NCBI RefSeq assembly: GCF_030144855.1
Contig: NC_082714.1
Location: 95,976,001-96,040,000 of the forward strand
Source of the DNA: Hypanus sabinus
Taxonomy: Eukaryota
DNA: 64,000 nt
Direction: 5' to 3'
Made by a program: the position numbers and the translations under genes. A model generated the notes under the pieces. That model worked only from the letters and a program-made list of their open reading frames with translations. It ran no database searches and had not been told where the DNA came from. Shown here one piece after another: positions 13,020-22,524 of this stretch (positions within the stretch are counted from its first letter, which is position 1; the number at the start of each line of letters is the position of its first letter).

Positions 13020-13900
13020 CGGTGATTATATTATGATTGAATTCATACCACAAATTGAGAACTCACATGCATCAATGTCGCAATGGAATAAAGGGTATTA
13101 CAGAAGCATGAGAGCGGAGCTTACTCAGGTGGATTGGAATAGAATTGGCGGACACGACGGCAGAGCAGAGATGACTGAAGTTTTTCGGAATAGTCCACAA
13201 GGCGCTTCATCCATGGGTCCCACGGAGGAATAAGTCCTCAAATGGCAGGGGAAGGCAACCTTGGCTGCAAAGTAAGCTTAGTGCTACATAAAAGCCAAGG
13301 AAAGGGTGAGTATAACGTAACAAGAGTGAGCGGGAAGTTGGACGATTAGGAGTTTTTACAGTCCAACAAAAGCAACTAAAAAAACTATAAGAAGGGAAAA
13401 GATGAAATATGAGATCTGACTCGCTAATAATATAAAGCAGGATAACAAAAGATTTTTTTTTCAGATCTATGAAGGGTGTAAGGGAGGTGAGAGTTGATGT
13501 TTGACCACTGGCCGTAATCTCCAGTCATTTCCCCACCACTGCCGTGAGACTAGATGGTCTATTGGTTCCGTGATTAATCCCACATGAGATTTTAAGAAAA
13601 TTATAAAATTATGAAAGGGAAGTTGTTTCTACTGATAGGTGAGACTAGAACTAGGAGCCATAGTCTCAAGATTTGAGGAACAGGAAGAGGATCTCCTTTT
13701 CCCAGAGAGTAGTGAATCTGTGGAATTTTGTGCCCAATGAAGCGCTGGGGGCTACATCAGTAAATGTATTTAAGTCGAAGTTTGATAGATTTTTGCATAG
13801 TGGGGAAATTAAGAGTTATAGAGGTGGAGATGAGTCATAGCCAGTTCTACCATGAATTGTGGAATAGCGAGCAGTGTCCTGCTCCTATTTCTTATGTTCT
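13020..13900 (+). mobile_element. CR1 LINE fragments (post-endonuclease region and 3' end)
   Basis: MIEF...WNKGYYRSMRAELTQVDW, then the CR1 3' end (ttcccagagagtagtgaatctgtggaat). Confidence 0.75.
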
Positions 13901-14363
13901 AATGTTACATGGCAAACTTCTCAGGGGCACATCAAGAAAGGAAACGAATTTTCATCTTACCATTTACTGGCATATCTCAGAAAACGCATGAGGAAAGACA
14001 ATTCTTTGGCCAGCAACCAGGATACGAAAGGCACAAGTGAAATGCAAATCCGTTCCGTCGAATTGTTGCACATATACTCAGAATGGATACAGGAAAGCAG
14101 ACATCAAGCAACTCACACAGCTTATAATGGAAACCATATAAACGCGCATTAAGTAAGCTGGGCCTTAGAATCACACAACACGGAAACAGGTCTGTCTGCC
14201 CAACTGGTCCATCCTGAACAAGATGTCCCATCCAAGCATGTCCCACTTCATTCCACATAATTACCTTAGATTCTTTGTGTAAGAAACACCCTTCTAAACT
14301 TACTGTTAAATATACACCCGGTCACTTTACACCTATTCCATTTATCTCTTGATAATCTAATTC

Positions 14364-17300
14364 GGACAATTATCACCGAAGGTTTGTCTGTAACACTCGG
14401 TGATCGACGCCGAATTCTATGTGCCCGATCCAATAAAGGGGGGTTATTCGGGAAAATTGTCGGAAACGCTTCTTTTAAAAGTTGAGCAAAATATTTCGAA
14501 GGGTCATCTTTTTCTATGCCGTCTGGAAGACCAAGTATACGTACGTTCTGTCTTCTGGAGCGATTCTCAAAATCGTCACTCTTGGCTTTAAGGGCTTCCA
14601 TCAGCTTAATGGTCGAAATTAAATCCTGTTGCAGTTTTCCAATAGTCAAATCTCGCTTCCGAGCTTCTTGCAGAGACGCAATAAGAGCTTGTTGCTGTTT
14701 AATTACTAAATCCGTCTTAACCATGTACTCTTGAAAAGCCTTTATATCTTCTTTAAAAAATTGTTGTAGTTCAGCAAATTTTTGATTCAAAACCTCCATA
14801 AACAATTCAAAAGTTAATGGTGTTTGTTGTGTCGGAGCCTGCTTTTTTCCGTTACCGTTCGGATTACGTCCGGGATCCCGTCCCTTAGACCTGAGAGACA
14901 TTTCTGTTTGCATATCATCAAAAGTTCACAACAAACGCTTGGCAGTAAATCCAAAAAAAGAGAATAAAGAAACTTTCGGTATAGGTAAAAATAAGCTGAA
15001 TAAGGGTGATCAAAGGTTAAAAAAAAGTAAAAGTTATGGAGCGAATCCAAAACGGTACTCACTCCATGAGCGTCTCCAGCTGACAAAGAACAAGTTATAA
15101 GAGCAGCTCGTCGACTAGGAATGATTAAAATCAAAGATTTTTCCTTCCGCCTGATCGAAGATTTTAGTTCAGATCTTTTAAAAAGAAGGCTTCTTTTTAA
15201 ACCGTTGATGGCTGAATGTTATGAGAAAAATCTGAAACCTGCGCTTCTATACCCTGCGAAGCTTCGAATTTCTCCGTCGAATGCTCCACGACAAGTTTTC
15301 CTTTCAACTTCAGAAGTGAGAAAATATCTGGAGGAGAACTTCCCTACTGCTACAGACACCAGTCTCTAATAAATGAACGATTCTGATCGTGTAAGATGGT
15401 TCTCGATCTCTTAAACCAGAATTATAATCTGGTTATTGGTGTAGGTTCATCCTACACTTTATACTCAAGTTAAAGTGTGTTTGCGTCATGTTAATTGTTT
15501 TGCCTTATACACTTTAATCATTTAACTACATACTTGTCTATTAACTTTGTTCCTTCGAAGGTATATTTTTAGTTCTTTGAAGGTAAACTTTTCCTTGATT
15601 AAGACGGTGGTTTTTTGGAAAAGATTTTTGGTTTTGCTTAAGATGGCATTATGTTTATATTTTTCGTGTTTCTTCTAGACAAGACATCGCTTATCTCAGC
15701 TTAAATATTTTTTGTTTTGTCTGGGCCAGAGCCCGAGTTATAATTGTTTTTAGTGATTATATTTTTATTCTTTTTACAACTAACTATACTTAGAAATATG
15801 GTTTTTATTATAGCGATTTTATTTTTAAAGTCGGGGTGATTCTTTTATATATATCCTTTTTATATGGAGTGTTCTTCAGCTGACATGGGGGTAGGATTAG
15901 TCTTACTTTTTCTCTTTTTAAGTCATATTTTGGCTTTTTCTCTTTTTCTCGGGAGGGTGGGGGGATGGTCTGTTTTCTAATTCTATTTTTTTTGTACCAG
16001 TTTGTGTTAGTTTTTTTATTCGGGCTGTTTTTGAACTTCAAATATGTCTGTGTTGTCGTCACTTCCGGGTCTTCTCACTACTTTTGTTCCTCTTCCGGGT
16101 GCATGAGTTTATAAGTTGGTTAACCCTTTCTATACCAAAGGGTTGATTATAGAATTATTGCTCAGACCATTCATTTTGTGTCTTGGAATACTAATGGTTT
16201 AAATCATCCAATTAAACGAAAGAAGATTTTCAAAGTATTCCAAAGACTTAATGCTCATATCATTTTTGTACAAGAAACTCATGTGAGGAGGGAGGACAAA
16301 TTTCGTTTTTTTAGATTTTGGCGGGGTCAACAGTATCATGCAAATTCGAATGCTAAAGTAAAAGGAGTTTCAATTTTTATTGACTCCTCCATTTCATTTT
16401 TTCCAAATTTTGTGCCTTCAGATACTTTGGAGAATTTATTTGAATTAGACCCTTTTCAAAAAGGGCTTATTTCAAAACTTTATAATATAATTATGAAGAT
16501 ACGTTCAGAGTCCCTTTATAAGAGTAAACAGGATTGGGAAAGAGAGCTTAGTTTTAGTATTTCTAGTGAGAATTGGGATAGAATTCTTCAATTAGTTAAT
16601 ACATCATCGTTATGTGCCAAACATTCACTAATACAATTTAAGATTGTACATAGGGCCCATATGTCCAAGGATAAATTAGCTCATTTTTACTCTCATATAA
16701 GTCCTATTTGTGATAGATGTCATTTGAAATTGCGTCTTTAACTCACATGTTTTGGTCGTGTTCATTTTTGGAGAAATATTGGAAAGATATTTTTGATATT
16801 ATTTCTGCGGTTTTGAATATTGATTTACAACCTCATCCTATTACCGCAATTTTTGGTTTACCAATGTTAGATTCACAGCATTTATCTTCTTCAGCCCGTC
16901 GAATGATTGCATTTCTAACTCTGATGGCTAGAAGATCTATATTGTTGCATTGGAAAGAAATTGATCCTCCCACTGTATTTAATTGGTTCTCTCAAACTAT
17001 GTTATGTTTAAATTTAGAAAAAATTAGAAGTGGTACTTTTGAGACTTCCATTAAATTTGAAAAGTTATGGAGACCATTTATTCAACATTTTCATATGATG
17101 TAATATGACCCTGTGCCAAGTACATTTGATTTCCCAGCTTTTAGCTTATGTATTTTGAGAGGACCGGAAGTGACGGCATTGATGAATACTTATTTTTGTG
17201 AGATATTATAAACAGTCCACTTTTTTTTTCCTTCTCTTTTGTTTGTTTTTTTTTCTTTTATATTACTTATTAGTTATAGTTATTAGATTAGATTAGTTAG

Positions 17301-17569
17301 TTTTGCATTATATAAATTTTTTTTTTGTTTTTTTTTTCTTTCTTTTTTCTGTTTTTTTATATTATACATTATGAAATATTTAGATTTACTATGTCCATAC
17401 ATATATCTTATGGCTTATGTCTTGGTAAACTCATTTATATTGTAACTATTATGTATGTTTTTTTTCATATGTAATGGAATGTGTATGTTGGTAATTTCTT
17501 TATCAATATATCATCTGTATTCTGCCCATATTACTAATATTAATAAAAAGACTTAGAAAGAAAAGAAAA
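14364..17569 (+). mobile_element. L1-clade element with inverted 5' segment and ORF2 lacking RT, bounded by a 13-bp TSD
   Basis: GATAATCTAATTC at 14351-14363 and 17570-17582. The ORF1 N-terminus is on the minus strand (FENRSRRQNVRILGLPDG...LDRAHR) and the ORF1 C-terminus on the plus strand (15121-15369). The ORF2 endonuclease start (SWNTNGLNHP...QETH) is fused to the C-terminal domain. An A-rich tail follows. Confidence 0.9.
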
Positions 17570-17611
17570 GATAATCTAATTCTGTGAAAAAGACGGTGTG
17601 CATTGACCTTA

Positions 17612-17850
17612 TCGCCAGGGTAGTGCAGCGGTTAAAGGGATGCTGTTACAACTCGAGGCGTCGGAGACCGAAGTTCAATCCCCAATAACAGCTGTAAGGT
17701 GTCTGAACGTCCTACTCCGGGAATGCTTGGATTTCCCCCGGGTGCACCGGTATCCTCCCACAGTCCGAGATTTACCTCTAGGTTAACTGGCTTTTGTACA
17801 TTCTTCCGTGATTAGGTTAAGTTTAAACCGGGTTGCCGGGAGTTTCTAGG
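17612..17850 (+). mobile_element. tRNA-derived V-SINE (HE1-like), degenerate
   Basis: A-box-like tagtgcagcggt (17621), B-box-like agttcaatccc (17672), and a V-domain-like gatttcccccgggtgcaccggtatcctcccacagtcc. Confidence 0.7.
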
Positions 17851-18839
17851 GGTTATGGAGCGAAGAGTCCACGGCCCCTAGCAGCATCCTTCAAAATGTT
17901 TATTGCACTCCTTCCAGTTTAATAACATTAATCATATCGCAAGACAACCAAAAAAGAGATCAATACTCGCTGTGTAGCCTCACTAGCCTCCTTTTCAACC
18001 GCAAAATTACCTCCCAAGCTGTCGGCTAGGCACTGTGGGCAATTGTCTTGCTGAATCTTGCATCTTACCGTGTTTGACATTTTATTGTTTTAAACAGACA
18101 TTTTTACTTATGCCCTCTTCATGTGCCAAACAACTTTGAAGCTTCGACATTCCAGAAATACAGTTCTGGACATACTGTTCTTCCTCCACTTATATTAGCT
18201 CTTAGATAGCAGACAAAATTCCTGAAAATCCACAAACCGCGTTTTCAGAATAAACTTGGCTCGGTCACTGCGCGGCTCTCCAATGATAGAGGAATTATGT
18301 AACATTGAAGCTTTGTTGTTTGAAATGTAGCCATGGTTTGACAGAGAAGAGGCTCTGAATTTTAGCTTAAGAGTGTATGAGCTGAGATTTGACTCTTTTG
18401 AAGACTATCTAACAGATTTCACGCAAAGTACTGCTAGTTTCGAAGATACACTCAGTGGTCACTATATTAGGTAAGCCTGTCCGCCTCCTCCTTAATTCAA
18501 ATATCTCGTATTCAAACCATGTGGAAGCGACAGGATGCCGAACAGCATACAGACATGTCAGAAGGTTCAGATGCTTTTCAGACCAAACTTCAAAATAGGG
18601 ATGAAAAGTGATCTGTGTGACCTTGGCCATGGAAGAAATTTTGCTGACAATTGGGTGGGTGGGGTATCTTAGAAAGAGCTGACCTCTTGGCTTCTTCATG
18701 GACAGCAGTCCAGAGTTTACAGAGAATGCTGTGGAAGAATAGAACTTAAAATAATATAGTGAGCGACAGTCCTGTGGACTATAACGCCTTGTTAATGAGA
18801 GAGAGATCAATGGCCAGATTCGATCAATCTGTCTGGAAG

Positions 18840-19295
18840 ATGAACTTGAATATCGATTTTTTGTACTTGTAATTGCTCTCTTCCTCTTTACCATTCCCCC
18901 ATTTCTGTTTCCTTCTCTCACCATATCTCCTCACCAATCCTTAGCTCCAGCTGGTGTTCCTCCATTTTCCCTTTCTTCCATGATCCATCTCTACACTCTT
19001 AGATTACACATTCTCCAGCCCTTTATTTCCTTCACAAATCTGCTTCCCCATCTCTTTACATCATCCCTCCCCCTCATCAGTTTCACCTATCACCTATTAC
19101 CGTGTACTTCTACCTCGCCTCCCCCTACCTTCTTGCTCTGACATCTCATCTTTTCTTTATCCAGTCCTCATGAAGAGACTCGGCCCGAAACCTCGACTCG
19201 TTACTATTTTTCCATTAATGCTGCCTGGCCTGATGAAATTGTCTAGCATGTTGTATGTGTTGCTTTAATTTCCAGCATCTGCAGATTTTCTCGTG
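18840..19295 (+). mobile_element. Penelope-like element 3' end
   Basis: ORF-end-like MNLNIDF, a pyrimidine-rich UTR, then the terminal repeat with a hammerhead-like motif (19162-19198) and gctgcctggcctg...ccagcatctgcaga. Confidence 0.7.
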
Positions 19296-19808
19296 TTAGT
19301 ACGTGTTACCACAGCGGTGTGCAGAATCGCATCTCTGGCCGCAGAACACAGCAACACCTGACGTGGGAGTTCTACAGAAGCAAACGACTACGAACATACG
19401 CGTAATGGATTTTTTATCCAGCAGAGGAGGCCACTCAGTTTCTGAAAGCCAGCATATGGAGCAATTGCGAGGCGAAGTTAAAGTAAATTAAAATAAACAA
19501 TGCAATTACGAACTTTTACAGAGTAAAGGAATTTTTTGCTAAAATGTTTCCATACCAAGGGCTCATCCACTTAGCCAACTCACAGTAAAGTCTCAACTAC
19601 CTTCAAAAAGAAAACCATTCGCTGAAGATCAAAAAACCTATATGGATTTACATAGAGCTCTTTGGTTCTGATCTGCATAATATTAGAGACTTTGATAAGA
19701 AAAAAAGTTTTAAGGGCATCAAAACTCAGAAGATGCCTAAAACAAAACAAAAAAAAAAGCCAAAGAGGAAGCTACATTGCCAAATACTTTCATAGTCAGG
19801 AGGAAGAC

Positions 19809-19992
19809 GCACAAAGTGCTGTAGAACTCGGCAGATCACGGAGTTCCGATGAAGGGAATAAACAATCGACCGTTCGGGTAGAGACACTTCATCATGGCAA
19901 TTCCATCGATCCTGTTTGACCTACTGAGTTCTTCCAGCGTGTTCTGTGCGTTATTCTGGATTTTCAGCACCTGCAGAATCTTTTGTGTTTTT
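19809..19992. mobile_element. Short Penelope terminal-repeat derivative with inverted halves
   Basis: cacaaagtgctgtagaactcggcagatc at the left is an imperfect inverted repeat of gacctactgagttcttccagcgtgttctgtg at the right. Confidence 0.6.
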
Positions 19993-21647
19993 GATCGTGA
20001 CGAGACGACTGGATGGCACCAAGCCTTAAGGAAAATCGGACATAATGATAAATTTTAAGAAATACAAATTGAAATTCGGGAAACAGTTAAAACTCTAAGA
20101 GTGGAATCAATGCGGATCTCGCTCGACCTGGTGAACAGTTGAGGTGGATTTAATGCGAAAATATGTGGTCACGGGAGAGGAATGAAGCGGATGTACATGA
20201 CGATGTGTGAGATGGATAAAGGTGAGAGCGAGTTACTGAAGGGCAGAAGCAGCAGCAGCGAGAACGAGGGTCGAATGAAACTTCCGCGCTGTCGAAGTTT
20301 TGCAGGAGCTTTTAATTGCAGTGGTTAATTTTGAGAGTAACACGCACAAAATGCACGAATAACTTAGCAGGTCAGGTAATATCCTTGGAGTGGAATAAGC
20401 AGATAACGTTCCGAGCAGAGACACTTTGTGAGGACTGATGACTTTGAAAGTACTTGACGAAGAGGAGAGAAGATTGAAACAGACTAAAGATTTAATTCAT
20501 AGTAAAACTGTTGGCTTGGAACAAAAATCCCCATGTAGTACCATAACAGAATCTGTGCGAGAGAGGGATTTGACCTTCAATAACAGGGAAACGTATTCGC
20601 TCTTGATGCAAAGAAGCCTTCCTCTGTAACTTTCGACTTCCCTACTAATCAAGAACCTATCAAACTCATTTTTAAATATAGCCAATAACTCGACCTCCTT
20701 AGGCGTTTGAGGAAGTTAATTCCACAGATTTACAATACCCCGGCCATCATCTGGACCCTCTCTATTACCAGTGCATCACTTTAAAACTTTGAGCCCATAG
20801 ACTGTTCAGTATTTCTGAAGTGCCTCTGCATTTTGTCAACGCGTTGGGAATCACCATTCATTCTGAACTACATTCGATGTTGGAACATGGTGACTGCAAG
20901 AACAGCTCAGAGGCTGGGAATCCCAGACGACTAGCATTGACTGACAGCACAATGCATTTCAACCTTCGCACAGGTCACAATTTCGCTTGAATTCTACCTT
21001 CTGGCCTCTATCGGTGCAGTTCCGACAACTTGAACACTGTGTTATCCAGTACACGGTAGATCGACTAAAATTCGCTGCAGCATCACACCAGACCATTCCT
21101 GTAGCTCTTCCCAGACCTTGGCCAAGGTGTTCAAGTGTAGCAAGGACGGTCTTCTGACTTGGAAATATATCTGTGTCCTTCAATATCTCCCGTCCCAAAC
21201 CCTGCAATTCTCTCCCGTGGATCGTGAAATAGATTTATAAGAGTGTCTCCAATAAATACAGTCGACTCATCGGCAGCTTCTGCGGAGATTTCGGCAAGGG
21301 GACACGAATGCTAGTTTTCCTAGTAATACAATTCTCTACATGCCGGAAACTATGAACAAACCATGCTCTGTTTGGAAGTCTCTCTGAACAATGCTCCATA
21401 GCCTTTTTGACATTGTCATTTTCTTTTGGTGAAGGATACACAAGATCTTGTAGATACACAAGATATTTTTACTTGTAAATAAATAAAGAAAAAGTCTTGC
21501 GAATTTGACTTGGTTAACGTGGAACATCCCTAAGCAAATAAATGCAACCGAAAATGACGGCGCATTTTTAAACTGCAGGCAATGTGTACATTAAGAATTC
21601 CTTCGATCCTCTAGTAGATATTTTTAATTTATTGCTGATATTTCCCA

Positions 21648-21982
21648 AAACTGAAGTCTCACCTTTCTTTTCGGCGAGCCAGGCTGCAGTATCGAGAGAT
21701 GTCGGGCAGACGATTGAATTGTCCTGCGAATTCAAGGACAGTCTGCAGGTCACAAGTAATTTTCTCTGGTACAAACAGAGTGAGCACCAAGCCCCGGTAA
21801 CCATTAAATCCACGGACTGACACCAGACCGGATGTAGGACTTCTTACAAAAAGAAGTCTCTGGCGATCGCACATCAATGCTGGAAATCCGGAACATCCGG
21901 GTGGACGATTCCAATTCATACTACTCTGCTGGATGCGGTAGTGACCCATCTCTCGTCAAAGGACCAACAATCCTAATTGGAG
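21648..21982 (+). pseudogene. Non-rearranging V-type Ig-superfamily exon with J-like G strand in the same exon (NITR-like or VJ-C1-like), decayed
   Basis: Reconstructed: TEVSPFFSASQAAVSRDVGQTIELSCEFKDSLQVTSNFLWYKQSEHQAPVTIKSTD*HQTGCRTSYKKKS/GDRTSMLEIRNIRVDDSNSYYSAGCGSDPSLVKGPTILIG. B-strand Cys 21725, WYKQ 21767, DxxxYY[C>S] 21925, phase-1 donor G/GTGAG at 21983. It has a stop at 21818 and a 2-nt frameshift near 21860. Confidence 0.75.
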
Positions 21983-22524
21983 GTGAGGGGACTGGGCAGT
22001 CGGATTGTACTCAGCCGTGTACTTTTCAACCATCTAAACGAACGAGTAATTTCACGATCTCCTGAAGGATCCGGTGAACATGACTCTCGAGAATACAGGC
22101 ACGATCATCTCCCGGAGCCATCGCTGGAGTTGACCTCAGACCAGATTACAGCAACGAGACCCGAAAGCAGAAACCGAATCGGTATTCGTTTGGCCCGTCA
22201 CCCTCCCTTCGCACTGCTACCATCGGTCGAGAGGTGCAGAAGTCTTGGGTCCCACGCTGCAGTTTTTACCACGCAGTCGTCGGGATCCTGGACCAGCTTC
22301 ACTCGGCGCAGAGCTGAACCGATTCGGCGTCCGGCGGGCACATTCCGGGTATTTTGCAACTCTCTTTCTGGGTTTCACTTGCTCTTCTGCATTTTGGATG
22401 TCTTTGTGGTGTGGATTTTCGTGGATTCTATCATATGTCTTTACTTTGTAACTGCCTGAAAGAAGATGACTCTTAAGTTTGCATCTATGCCTACTATAAA
22501 AATAGATTTTAACTTTGAACTTTA

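Larger units (their letters stand above)
18098..20629 (+). pseudogene. Unidentified decayed coding-like sequence, split by two Penelope insertions
   Basis: Splice-acceptor-like ttttattgttttaaacag at 18097. Long single-frame stretches with sparse stops lie at ~18099-18840, ~19301-19790 and ~19993-20629. No family was recognised. Confidence 0.35.

Noticed and set aside
17612-17690. tRNA gene
   Set aside because: The A and B boxes belong to a SINE head followed by a V-domain, and no cloverleaf is supported.
21290-21346. J-like FGKGTRMLV motif and leader-like MLVFLVIQFSTC upstream of the V(J) exon
   Set aside because: No RSS upstream and no GT donor at the expected position. It could be chance or a decayed leader, so it is not called.
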